Assembly: GCF_018977255.1 (NCBI RefSeq)
Contig: NW_024704743.1
Location: forward strand, 106,022,001 to 106,086,000
From: Callorhinchus milii
Taxonomy: Eukaryota
Reading direction: 5' to 3'
Length of the DNA: 64,000 nucleotides
The notes beneath the pieces are model-generated. The model saw only the letters and a list, made by a program, of their open reading frames with translations, was not told where the DNA came from and searched no databases. Both the position numbers and the translations under genes were made by a program. This document shows, one piece after another, positions 52,101 to 63,441 of this stretch (positions within the stretch are counted from its first letter, which is position 1; each line of letters starts with the position of its first letter).

Positions 52101-52662
52101 CATTGAGAATGAGATTAAAAGAATGAAACTGAGACTCGATGCAAAATCTTTGAGTTCCACTATTAAAACACTAAAATCTCCAGCAGATGCAAAAAAGTCA
52201 GGGTCCAAACATATAGACAAACCACTTGCTAGTAACCAGGTCAGAAAGGTGCATATTAAAAACATAGTGGAAGCATGGTTCAAGGAACAGAGAAAAGATG
52301 ACAGCATTAGAGCAGTCAATGAAAGGAGCAGGAACTTGTCATGCCAGTCTCAGAGAGTGGAGGACATCCCAGCTGGAAAGACTGATCACTATCTTCTTAA
52401 TACAAGAAGCATCATGACTATGAGTAATTTGACTGTTCCTTCACTGGGAGCGAGAGTTATAGATCCAGCCATGCCTTCTGAAAAAGCCAGCACAGATGAG
52501 GCTGCAGTAATATATGACAGAACAATTCTGTCACCAAGACAAGGCAACGTCCGAAACAAAAACACAAATATAAATCACACGTGCCCGGTGGAGAGGGAGA
52601 GGAGAGAAGGTTATATAACAGTCCAAGATTATCATTCTTTTTTTAAAAAACAAGAAAAGTAG
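49126..52662 (+). CDS. RP1: RP1 giant exon 4, 3' reading-frame segment (-1 frame relative to the 5' segment), ending at the normal stop
   Basis: Frame is open from 49126 (after TGA 49123-49125) to TAG 52660-52662. Contains RP1 C-terminal motifs GVLIDKGRWLLKENHLIR, ELSSSEIEE, CNYFSMPHGSDSEPF and CGQHCPIL...RGFVYQKRSDPEN. Confidence 0.9.
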   Translation, partial: HKFPIKKELVQKSSLIVTKLERLDEISEEVYFKNDSLQTRVNINEESGEPATDATGAQCLTGTQMAVQKDLKKSNNGLRDGLGHQKNVNKLKAEMVESMKETAEVGIQVDMELGSETTDGKGFILGGGDLKQLLRKLQSTINTMKSQSHTKYNSFVSNSQIPSSLPEHLSSTLSTSSKVLLAWLAIMDLDVGVLTSHDNNTLLPSSCSSEISTFLQSIKHITTFEESDNLMESIVDLQKSTSYLVKVWKDQQEKSIPDSENDAGAESSAQAETLSDEASALFNASQPFDRLKDEMCFQIRTEQLSITGDAEAKEEMEHIAVVEEKSNICKGGGDFKISLSSKEVTKDKEDAETEPLSSKEGSECPGISEEQTHFFFRNEDTAIDTTVKDKRCDTKKSIDRGNCTDGCNYMEDFEVLHQAKDMETAESTEDNEGQYNNCTDNSKDCLSEKVTENDTGVHFTFAESIENCELMSAASVQSFVPLMSPISDIKCRLHHTEVVCQRESRNRSESSEEPISRPSTAASVASRSDTETEGEKMGKKLVRKQEIHNKPISEENEVGEMKSVLPVCSSVTINQNAKQLKSQQTSYSSESRQDSVNSDYNSQASNEMTTEGEEETFIKTKHFSVSFVKQATARLYGKSRVAAQSRSQNRLPPTCTGAKTVLGNGSKIDSTMSLEAATCPDKSNLGGSCSNNGESLTACGLLENLKLLKSGDKSAQSDDDGVLIDKGRWLLKENHLIRKSPPLNMGMYSNLDTTSADTALDNTSEDIAYPHAGTLHSVPPLAELSSSEIEEMIKPSCNYFSMPHGSDSEPFPDLLSLKSKSSLACNNPHPLMNKIASERQLVRASSEPLHMCEEVNDNNSSFTTVNFHMFENKVRPTAEPLPSGNIVAQPSPERARSTTTVREQDSLDKLHFICGQHCPILRAVVEPINEKSRGFVYQKRSDPENCWLLHLDKANDIYGIKKYNDSIAAQEFCIDFSKSVWSDVTNWFKTQSIENEIKRMKLRLDAKSLSSTIKTLKSPADAKKSGSKHIDKPLASNQVRKVHIKNIVEAWFKEQRKDDSIRAVNERSRNLSCQSQRVEDIPAGKTDHYLLNTRSIMTMSNLTVPSLGARVIDPAMPSEKASTDEAAVIYDRTILSPRQGNVRNKNTNINHTCPVERERREGYITVQDYHSFFKKQEK

Positions 52663-52865
52663 CAAATCTACTGGGATGGTTTCATGAACGAAACAAAGCT
52701 TTAGAAGGCAAATTCATATGTAAGACTAATAATATCAGTAGTGTGCTTTGATGAAGATAAACAGGCCCTTTTAAACAAAACAAATAATGCAAATTGTAAC
52801 GATTAGATAATTTATCTTCTTTTCTTGAGTAGATTACCTTTTTTTGGTTTACCTAATGAGCATTT

Positions 52866-53233
52866 GTGGCTGGCTCAGTGGTTAGAGAACTCGCCTCGCA
52901 AACGAGAGATTGGGCTTCAATTCCTGGCAGGGCGAAATGTTGGGCAAGTTTTCTTACTCCACACCCCTGTATTTACCTAGCAGTAAGTAGGAACCCGGTT
53001 GTTAGTCGATTGGCGGATTGCTTTTCTGGGGGTAATAATTCCTTAAGAAAATAATAATAGTAAATTGGTCACTCAATCCATGACTATTTGTAGGACACTG
53101 CTGTGCGCAATTGGCTGCCGCGTTTCTCCCACAAAATATACAGTCAATTCAATTTACAGTATATTCTGTGAAGCGCTTTGAGACATCTTGAAGATGTGAA
53201 GGTACTATGTCAAATGTAAAGATTATTATTATT
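52866..53233 (+). mobile_element. tRNA-derived SINE, same family, just 3' of the RP1 stop
   Basis: Head GCTCAGTGGTTAGAGAACTCGCC, same core and (ATT)n tail. Confidence 0.9.
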
Positions 53234-53488
53234 TGTTCTAATACTAAATTAGCTAGACACCAACTAGTTTGGCTGAATGGCCTGTTTCCAATACACTCTT
53301 TGTGGCTATGCAACTTAAAACCTCCATTTCAATTTATTTTCTTCCAAACCACTTTGTTTCTAAGAAATCTTGCTTCAAATGAATGAGATGTTGGTTGTGA
53401 GAACAAGTGTCAAAGTTTAATTCAAATGGAAACAAAATAAATAAAAATATTAGTCATTTTTAAGGGAAAGAAGCTATTTTGTGAACGT

Positions 53489-53809
53489 GGAGTCCTGTAG
53501 CTCAGTGGTTAGAGCACTCGCTTTGCAAGTGAGAGACCTGAGTTCAATTCCAGGCAGGGCGAAACCTTGGGCAAGTTTCCTTACTCCACACGCCTAATAA
53601 TAATCCCTCCAAAACTAAAAACAATAATTAAATTGGTCATTTTCAATCTACGACTGTTTGTGGGACATTGCTGTGCGCAATTGGCTGCCGCATTCGCCCA
53701 CAAATATACAGTCAATTCACTTTACAGTGTGTTCTGTGAAGCGCTTTGGGACGTCCTCCCGACGTGAAAAGCGCCATATCAAATGCAAGGATTATTATTA
53801 TTATTATTA
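53489..53809 (+). mobile_element. Full-length tRNA-derived SINE with Deu-like core and L2-type tail
   Basis: tRNA-like head GGAGTCCTGTAGCTCAGTGGTTAGAGCACTCGCTTTGCAAG...GTTCAATTCC (A and B boxes), core TGTGGGACATTGCTGTGCGCAATTGGCTGCCGC, tail ATCAAATGCAAGG(ATT)n. Confidence 0.9.
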
Positions 53810-56026
53810 AAAATAGAGAACATATGAAGCTAATGGTGTTATTCTCCACTTGTAGGTAAATTTACTAAATGATAAGTGTGAGTTTAAGAGCTGTAAATAG
53901 GAGAAAAACCTGCCCTCCCCCTGGTGGCAGGACAGTAAATTATATCTTGAGCAAAGCCATCAATATTAATATATATAAAAACAAGTGCATATTCAAATGT
54001 GGCAATTTCCAAAATAAAATGCATAACAAATGATTGTACTTTCCATTCTACTGCATTCATTTAATAATATTGAATTGGTGTGAATGAACAAGAGTACATA
54101 CGCCAAGTCATTTCTGGTACGTTTAAAAAATTCCTTCAGTACGGTTTGCATTGGATTATACAATACACGCACATACACACACCAAAATTAAAACAAAGTG
54201 TTTCCATCAAACGCGGATGTTTATGACACCTGGTCAGCACCACAATCTTTCATTTGGTTAGAGAGACCACAGTACACAGTGAGTTACAATACTTGAGCAT
54301 TTGCTCAAATTCATGAAAGACCAGTGAAGTCTTTCTGTAATATCTTTCAAGCCAAATTAATTTAAGCAAGTTGACTGTTGTTCCTGATATGCAACTGTTT
54401 TATTCAGAAAGACTAAAAGAATAAGGCAAGTTGAGAGGAGTGGGAAATGGGCAATTTTTACAGCAAGTCTGAAACCCTTTAAAACTAAAAGTCATAAACA
54501 ATTCCAATTAATTAAAACAATCTTTAATGGTATATGGGAGGAGTTTTTAAACTAAGCAATTTAATGGCACTAAATTTACATCTTTGAAATAGTAATTAAT
54601 CTACAGTACTTCAGTGATTAATTTCATCCGTGTACATTAATTCAGATCCTTTGCACTCTCAAGCCTAATAGACCATATAGAGTAATTTGATTCGAATGAT
54701 CAAGCCATCAGTGCTCACAATTTAAAGGCAAATGTTTTCCTGAGATTAAAATTTGGCAATTTATTTTCATTTGGGGTGGTAAAAGACACAGAATAATTGT
54801 ACATTGCTTGCATCCCCAAATGCTGTTGTTTGTTTGTGATGCCATGCTTTTCATCACAATTCACACCATAGTGGTTGCAAGTTTGGATATACATTTTATG
54901 AAGGCAACAGCCTTTTAAACAAAAAGTTTAAAATTGTATTTTACAAGATCTCATGATAACCTTTACTATATTGTTGCACAATTAAAACCATTTTCCAAAC
55001 ATCTAAAGGACATCATAATTGCCATCAATATTTCCTTTAATCTTTTAACTTTTAACTTAACTTTAAATTGAACTTTTAACATTATGATATTGAACTCTTG
55101 AATATTGGGTTAGGAACAATGAATGGCATTTAGTTTTAGGGTCCTAAGAGTCAATGACCACTAGTGAATGTACTGATCAGCAAAGGTTAAGAAGCAACCA
55201 AGGTGACTCCTGGGGTTTAAGTAGTTTATAAATAATGAGTAGAGAAGAGCTAGAAAAATGAATATCCAAGTAATTTGTGCCTAGGTTACCCACCTAGAGC
55301 TAGAGTTCAGTTTGTTGTTGCCTTCCTGTAATTGAATGTAATTTTTCCTGTTCTAAAGCCATATTTTAGGATGGTCTGGAAAATATAAAGTAATATGAAG
55401 TGATGAGGCTGCAAATGGCTTGAGAATACAGGAATCACATCGAAGTGGAAAATTAACACTCAAATAAAGTATCACTTCACAGATTACAAGTCATATAAAA
55501 GGTTTGGGTTCTTAGGAAGCTATAGAAGTATAAAGAGATGGATGTGAACTCACCTGTGACAGGTGGAAGCAATAGAATAAAATATTGTTATAGTTCCTAA
55601 TCATCGCTCTACATATCAAATTTATATTTTTTTCCATTAAAAAGCTAAACATTAAACAAATGTGACCTAGGTCAGTCCAAAAGTAATGTTGCGATTAATG
55701 GTACGAAAAGAGAAATTATCCTGTTAAAAATAGGTTTCCCGATCGAACAGCTCTGATTGCTTTTTATATCGCAAGTGATGCCTATGTTTGGATATGAACT
55801 CACTTACTTTGCTCTCTCACAAGAAGGAATGAAAAGAAACAAAGTGCACAACTCTGTATTACAGTGAAACCTTGAGAGAAATAGTCAAACTACACAAATA
55901 CGTAGAACTAACTTTCTATTTTTAAATGTTTTTTCTTTAAAAAGGAAAGAAAATTGACTTTTTTTCACATGTTAAAATGTAACTTGGGAATAAAAAATAG
56001 TCTTTACAGTTAATTTTTAGTATATC

Positions 56027-56190
56027 ATAGAATCATCATAGAATCATAGGATCATACAGCACAGAAGGAGGCCATTTGGCCCATCGTGTTTGTGCCAGCT
56101 CTTTGAAAAGAGCTACCCAATTCAGTCCCACTCCTCTGCTCTCTCCCCATAGCCCTGCAAACTCATCCTCCCCAAATAATTATCTAATTA
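56027..56190 (-). mobile_element. CR1 3'-terminal fragment
   Basis: CATAGAATCATCATAGAATCATAGGATCATACAGCACAGAAGGAGGCCATTTGGCCCATCG, near-identical to 11378-11430. Confidence 0.75.
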
Positions 56191-59100
56191 ATATGTGTTT
56201 TGTGTGTGTAGCTGCAATGCAAACATTTTTGTGTTTTTTATATATATTTATACAATGCATTTTTGTTGATACTTCCATGCAATGTCATATCAGATTTGCT
56301 TTGTGTTAGAAAACATTGACTCACTTTTTGTGATACATTCTTTGTATTTAGAGACTTACATTTCTTTAAGGCGCATTTATCATTCCTAGGCTTTTCATCC
56401 TGTTGATAAGTGGTTTATCTTAAAATAGATAGAAAGTAGATTTGCATTGAAGCACAAATTAGCAGCAGCTGGCAGGTCAGGTAAACAGTGTTACACCAAG
56501 ATTTTACAGGCTTACAGTCTCTTGTGTGTGTAGGTTCTCAGAAAAGAGGTTACACCATACTGTGAACTGATCATATGCTATTCAATAAAATGATTTTAAA
56601 AATAGAATTTGCCTAGACTCTGTTTAAAGCAGCCACAATATAATTTTTTTCCCATCCTTACCCTACCGAGAATCATGTGTGCTCCAATAAAAACACACAT
56701 TGTTTCACATGGTGGTAATTTGGTGTAGTTTGACAATATGAGTTTACAGTGCGAATGCCCATTGATTTTAATCCTGTGAGTTTACAATGGGGATTCCCCA
56801 CTGACTTCATGAAAGGCCATCCAACCTAACCAGTCGTATGTGGACCATTGCCTCCAAGCTGTTGTTAATTGCACTTGCTGAGTCCCATGTCTCAGCAAAG
56901 ACCACGTTATAAACGAGGCACAAAAAAAGGCCAACTTCACTTCCTTCACAAAGTGACGTTCGCAACACCTGCTGTGCGTAATGTCTATTGGCAGTGACGT
57001 CAGTGAGACTTTCACAAATAGCATGAATGCGTGCAGCATGACATCAGTGGCAACCTGGCAATTCAGAAGCAAGAAACTGACAAGTCAGTGCCAGAAACTA
57101 GCGGTACAGTGTTTCTGGTTAGAATGAGTCCAGAATAAGGCTCACGCTAAAAGTGAGGTGGTGCTCTATTGAATGGGATTTCCCTGTTCATGGCTTAGTC
57201 CTGCAATAAGCAATACTAGATCATTGTATTCACTTCAGCACACTTTTAATCATCTTCTATTCCTACTCTACCTTTTATATTCCAAGCTCTCAGGTTGTTT
57301 GAAATAATAGATTTATGTTTTATTAGTGACTCATATATTATTATAGTAAATTCTAAATATATCACTTTTTTTGCATTTATACCCAAAGTAAGAAAGTCTT
57401 AGTTAAAGAATCGCTAATCTTTTCACATGCTAATTCATAAGGACAATACTATGGGGGGAAATACTTCTGTAAGATTTCAGGATAGAAACATTTTGCCTTT
57501 GATTCCCCTTTACTGTGATCCTCATAGGCATTTATATTCCCCTGAATTGGAATATTGTAAGTAAAATGGGGCAAAAATAAAACAAAACTTCAAAAACAGA
57601 GTGTTTGGTAGCTACCCTTTTGTGTTGCTTCATTAAGATGAACTTTTTTTATTGCAGTGGGTTTCCCAGGTGATATACTGTTAGGTGGAAAATTATGTTC
57701 AACAAAGTTGTACCGTGTATGACTTGCTAACTTCATGGTTAATAGAATAAGAAGCAAAGTGTAGTATCTGAGTTTATTGACATTGTAGTTACAAGAAGCT
57801 GTGAATTTATCTTTACTGTAGATTGTCCACATATTGGAATAGTAACAAATACTTGTGTAACAAATATAAGAGCCTGGCTTGCTTCATAGGACTCTGAGTC
57901 ATAAGGTTATAAACCTCAAATATGACTGATTTCTCCAGGAATAAAAGTGTTAAAACAACATACGTATTTGCCTTTAAATTCTGTGTTTGATGGAAAACAG
58001 ATACATATTTCCTGAAAAAGGAGGGAGATTAAACAAAACAGGCAGAAACATTGTGTCACTCTCATGCATCTCCCTGATTAAAGAGTGACATTCATAAAGA
58101 TGTGGGAACAATTTCCTCACCTCTCCATTCATTTGGGGAAATGAAAATAACAACAAAGAGTAGGGTGAAACCTGAAAAAGGTGGTTGATGGATGGGAGAG
58201 AAGTAGCAAGTCACTTGTCAATGAATTATAATAATAATAATCATACCAATAATGATGCTCACATTTAGTATAGCACCTTTCACATCGGGAGGACATCTCA
58301 ATGTGCTTCACAAGATATTTTGTAAAGTGCAGTGATGTGTGTTTTGTGGGTGAACGTAACAGCCAATTACTGGAACAAAAAAGTATCATTAGAAAAAAAG
58401 TCTGAAAATTGTGAACATTATTATTTCTAACACTATCCAGAAATGCTCTTCCCCTAGTCATTGTTACGCATTTCCTCCAGGGCTCTGATGCCTTGCAGTT
58501 GTCACACACTGGAGGAAATCTAAATACTGTTAAATGAATTGATAAATTAGGTTTGAGTGAATGAAATATAAATGAGAATGAAGAAAAAATATATTACTGA
58601 TTAGATCTTTAAAGTTCAAACTTTTTCCAACTTTTCAGACTTTTTCTTGAGCACTTGAATCAAACAGCACATTATCCAGTTAAATGTACATTCCCAGCAT
58701 TTCTCTTGTTTCCGAAGTGTTCTATCTCACAACAGCAGATAGAGCCATTGATTATTTTGGAGTGCTGTAGTGATTTTTGAAGGAAAGCAGATAGACATAT
58801 AATAAAAATAAATCCTCACATGTACCAGCAATGCATTTTTAAAGACATTTAACCACATTAATTTGCCATCAGTAGATATGCTATACAAATTCAGACAGAA
58901 GTGCACTAGAGATTTGGTTTCAACTTGGTCAAACGTAGAGTTTCTTCTGAAAAAAACACTAACACTACATTTCTGTACAGTATTACCAAATGGATTATAC
59001 AGTGTCAGCTCCTTTTAGTGAAGTACTGCATATTGTCAACCAAGAAAGGACAAGCAGTTCAGCATGCTAGATGTTTTCTTTTCCTGTGGCCACCATATCA

Positions 59101-60542
59101 GTTTCCTGACAGCTTGGCTCCTTTGGATCAGTTGAATTCTGGTTTGTTTATATGTCAGAAATGTGACAAGCCCATGGGGGACTTCACCTTTGAGAACAGG
59201 GAGAACATTTGGAGATCCCATTGCTCAGGGAATTAGATGGATTTGGTAAGGTCCCATATAGAGCAGATTGTCCCTGGTCTCTGGAAAGAATGGGCTTGAT
59301 GGACAAGAAGTGACTTTACTTTGTAAACATTCCTCATATGATGTTCGGTTTCTGCTGCTGGTGTGATTTTACTCAGGTCTAAAGTGTGATGACATCTGGA
59401 AGTAAAATTGCAAATCACTTCCGAGTCGTTTGACTCCTGCCAATAATTCACAATGAGTCTCACAGAGCCTCAGGAACTCAAGTGCAGATGTAGATCTGAA
59501 GAGAATTTGCATTTGCACTCTCCGTTTCATTATATCTCATGTGAGGTATTATCTTCGCTCTCTGGACAAGCTCAGACCTTCTTGCTAATATTTCATTCCT
59601 CATGGGAAGCTATTTTGTGTTTCCATTTGTTTCCTGCTTCAGTAGTGGTCCACCAGCCACACATTGGTTGATTTGTTCATTAGACAGTGATCATAAGCTC
59701 CCTGGATTTTCAACTACCTCCTTTACCATTGTTAGACAGTGCATTAACTGTGCACTATGTTATCAACTGGGGTGTATAAATGCTTTCAGTGTGTACTGCT
59801 GGATGCAATTTTTATACTGATTTTACTGACAGGCCAAAAAGAGTTTTTTTACTGATCACCTCCAAATTACTCATTTGAGGGTTTATTCGGTACCATTCTA
59901 TAGCGATGGGAATAGAATAGAACTCCCCTTCCCCTACCCCAACACACACTCTCCAGGTTTCAAAGGTTTCAGATATTAGAATTAAAAAGTGCTTGAAACC
60001 TGCTTTAAGGTTTGGAAGGCACAGAGAAGTAAACTACTGCGCCACAATGGATGAATTCATGTCTAATGATATATCGCACACTGCCCTTTCAAACTATGCC
60101 ACTATACAACAGGCAGGTATTAAACTGCAGGGAATTATGGAATGAGGGTTCCCAAATAATGTCAAGTATCTCCTCACTAAATGTCATTGAATGTCGAATT
60201 AACGTAGAATGCATTACCTAACATTAATGACTCAGTGAAGGGTACTAACATGAAAAAATATGAAATTCGCAATCAAGAGCATAATAATGCATTCAAAATG
60301 ATTGGTGGCATATGTGAAGCTATAATCTAGGATATGTTTATGAAACAGTCAAACTAATTATTTAAATAATACATTCCCACACTAATAGCTGCACATTACT
60401 GAAACAAGTAATAGTTGGCTACTTTCACTGTTAAGTATCACATTTAAAATATTCTGAGCAATGAAAGTGTTTTTATTTTAGGTAATACTGTTTTAGTAAA
60501 TAATTGCTAGCCACAATAATTATCTTCCTGTTTTCACTGCAG

Positions 60543-60706
60543 GAAATACATGGGTTATATCTGTTCTCACCAGTGACCTACCCAGTGCAGGCACTACTGC
60601 TCAGGTTCATATCACATTATATGGTAAAGAGGGGAATTCAGGACCTATCGTACTTCATAGAGAGGATGAGAATGCATTTCAGAACGGACAGAAAAACATT
60701 TTCACA
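60543..60706 (+). CDS. RP1: RP1 alternative downstream exon: start of PLAT/LH2 domain 1
   Basis: Acceptor ttttcactgcag, donor ACA|GTACGT. 164 nt, phase 1 to 0. Translates NTWVISVLTSDLPSAGTTAQVHITLYGKEGNSGPIVL...FQNGQKNIFT (PLAT pattern T-x-D-x3-AGT...LYG). This frame is not in the ORF track. Confidence 0.85.
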
Positions 60707-61510
60707 GTACGTATTCATTAGCTGTGGGTTATCATGGTACGTGTCAAGAGTGTAATATGCTAAAGAGAAAATGCGGATTTCAGCTCTCTCCTGAATTTAG
60801 TAATACAGGAGGGAGCTAGAATCTGGATTAATTGGAGACTGTTCCATTCTGGATATCAAAACAGTGTGGTCATCCAGTTGCCATGCAGAATTGTAGAGTA
60901 TGATACTAACCAAAAACTTCCCACTCCTCTTCCAAACCTTTTGCTCAGCTAACACAGGTCTGCTGTATATCCTCCAAATCTTCTGCTCTACCATCCTAGG
61001 CTGTGCTTTCAGATACTTTGCCCATAACCTCTGGAACTCCATCTTCTTCCATCAGGATATATATCAGTCTTGCTTTTTCACTTACTCTCCTTCCCTTTAA
61101 CTCTCTTTCCCCCTTTAACTTTCCTTCTAACCCTGCACTGTATCAACTCTAATCTTGGAAAGGGAAGATCCAAACATCATTGGAATTCTGGAGATTTTAA
61201 CCCGTGGCTTGTGGTGTAATTCATACACAGCTGCCAGACATTCCTTCATCATCACAGAATGGATAAAACAACAACAACGGCTGGCATTTATACAGCACCC
61301 TTAATGTGAAGTAGCATCTCAGAGCTCATTGAAAGCCTTGAAAGGAATATGGGGCATTCGTTTATTGTACCTATTTAAGTGTAATTTTTGCTTTTTCGCA
61401 TGTTTCCTAAATTGTGTCTTTATATTTTACGAGGACTCAATCTGAAAATGCAACAGCTATTTTCTATAGAAGTAAAACTAAAGGTAATAAGTTATCTCTT
61501 TCTGGATTAG

Positions 61511-61597
61511 GTAATTTCACAAAATATTGGTAATCTCTATAAAATCCGAATTGGACACAACAACTCTGGTGAATTCCCAGGCTGGCATTGTGAAAAG
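61511..61597 (+). CDS. RP1: RP1 alternative downstream exon: middle of PLAT domain 1
   Basis: Acceptor TAG 61508-61510, donor AAG|GTACAA. 87 nt, phase 0 to 0. Translates VISQNIGNLYKIRIGHNNSGEFPGWHCEK (PLAT IG-x-L-x-KIRIGH...W motif). Confidence 0.85.
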
Positions 61598-62053
61598 GTA
61601 CAATTTTATGCACTCCTATACCCTCCAAAAGCAACACATTATTATGTTTTTGGTAAAAGTATAATGAGAAGAAAATAGATTAAATTAAACTATGCACCAC
61701 CTAGACATCATGTGGATTGTATATCTATAAAATAAAAGATGGAATAAGTTAATAATAAGACTTAATAAATATAATATGAACATGAATATAATATGATATG
61801 AACATGATACTGTACAAGATCAAAATCATTGGTGGGACTAGCCAGATGGACCTCAATGATATTTTCTGGTCTTGTATATTCCTATGTTTCTTTTGTATGT
61901 TCCAATTGGCATTCCACAGCAAATGTTCTGGCTTCAAAAATATATGTTCTTACTCTTTTCTCTCTATATTTCAAGATGATATTCTAAGTATATGAATGCT
62001 CTGATCTGCTGCTTGTGTATCTCAACTTATATCTTTCTGATGGTATGGTTTAG

Positions 62054-62186
62054 ATCGATTTGGAGAATCTTTACTCAGGTAAAAAGTACCACTTTGATGT
62101 TAATAGTTGGATGGATCAAAAAGAGGAAGATGGGGAGATCTGCAGAGAATTTTCTGTGATAGAGAATGGTGAACCAATCCTTCCAG
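62054..62186 (+). CDS. RP1: RP1 alternative downstream exon: end of PLAT domain 1
   Basis: Acceptor tttag, donor CAG|GTAAGA. 133 nt, phase 0 to 1. Translates IDLENLYSGKKYHFDVNSWMDQKEEDGEICREFSVIENGEPILP. Confidence 0.85.
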
Positions 62187-63289
62187 GTAAGAGTTTTGAG
62201 CAGAAGCAATCCCTTTTTAAGAGCGACTACAATAGAGCCCTGTTATAAGCCACTGATTGGGTGATCCATAACTTTCCGACCAGCTTTCTATCAGAACGCA
62301 ATTGCCAGTCAGCCCTTCATATTGTGCCGTCACTGATCACATAAAATCACAGCTTCCCTTGCCAAAAAATATCCAACTTCTGAGGTATCACATTGCTTCT
62401 GATGTCACTTCCTATACAGTGAGCTGTGCAGAGTTAGCGGTGAACTGATGACCCATAAAACCACTTTAAGGGCTTGTGAACATATTATTACAAAGACTGT
62501 TACAGCACAGAAACAGGGCTTTTGGCCCAAATAGTCCAAACCTCCACGCCTCCTAATCCTTTCCATTGCCTTCTCCTTCACATATGCACCCATATGTTTT
62601 CAATCTTTTAAATAATTAATCTGGTAATGAAAATTAGATGTGTTGTCAAATAAAAATCTGTGAGATTAAATACAAAAATATCTCAAGACAAGAACTCAGT
62701 CAGCACACAGATAGGTGGCCACGGGTCCAGAGGAGACCAGTGTTATAATAACAACCAATTGCATTTATATAATGACTTTCACATTGGGAGGATGTCCTGA
62801 GGCACTGGGGTAAACCATGGTGTAATGAATTGTGTTATCGCACAACTCCATTTTAATTCTCACTATTACTAGCACCTAGGATTCAGGATTTAAAGGGTTT
62901 TCTCTGCTGAATATTCAGAGTAAACCCAGTACCTCACCATCCAAAAATCTGATCAATAAAAGTGATAATAATCCTTGCATATGATATAGCTCCTTTCATT
63001 TTGGGAGGACATTTCAAAGTGATTCACAGGATATTCTGCAAAGTGTTCTGATCTTATTGCAGGGGAATTCAGCAGCTAATTTGTGAAATGTAATGTCTCA
63101 CAAACAACTATGAAGTAAATAACCCATTTTGTTTGTGGGATTGATGGCCAGGACACCAGGAGAAACTCCGTTCTCTTTTCGAATAATGCCATGGCTTCTT
63201 TAACAGTAAATTCCCTGATAAGCAGAGAAATCATGCACGTAAAAAGAATAGTAGAGCAGAGAGCATCAATCCAACCTTTTATCTTTCAG

Positions 63290-63441
63290 TAATCAATTAT
63301 GATGTTCTTGTTTCGACTGGAGATACCTGGAATGGTGGTACAAATGCCAATGTCTTCATTGTCATCTATGGCAAAAGAGGTGACACAGGCTCAAGGCAGC
63401 TTATAAAATCAAACCATGCAAAGATGTTTCAAAAGGGGCAG
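63290..63441 (+). CDS. RP1: RP1 alternative downstream exon: start of PLAT domain 2 (gene continues beyond the window)
   Basis: Acceptor ttttatctttcag, donor CAG|GTTGGT. 152 nt, phase 1 to 0. Translates VINYDVLVSTGDTWNGGTNANVFIVIYGKRGDTGSRQLIKSNHAKMFQKGQ. Confidence 0.85.

Noticed and set aside
46915..52319. Several minus-strand ORFs of 60-182 aa within RP1 exon 4
   Set aside because: Antisense shadows of the long coding exon, with no recognisable motifs.
49150..52662. 1170-aa ORF as an independent gene
   Set aside because: It starts at a TTG inside the RP1 exon and carries RP1 C-terminal motifs, so it is the continuation of RP1.
34556..52662. Assignment as RP1L1, DCX or DCLK
   Set aside because: The DCX1 signature and C-terminal motifs are RP1-type, and there is no kinase domain.
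53489..53562. tRNA-like sequences with a TGC anticodon-like loop (also at 16955, 22980-23052, 31440, 42367 and 52866)
   Set aside because: They are SINE heads: each continues into the same SINE body and the copies differ at stem positions, so they are not tRNA genes.
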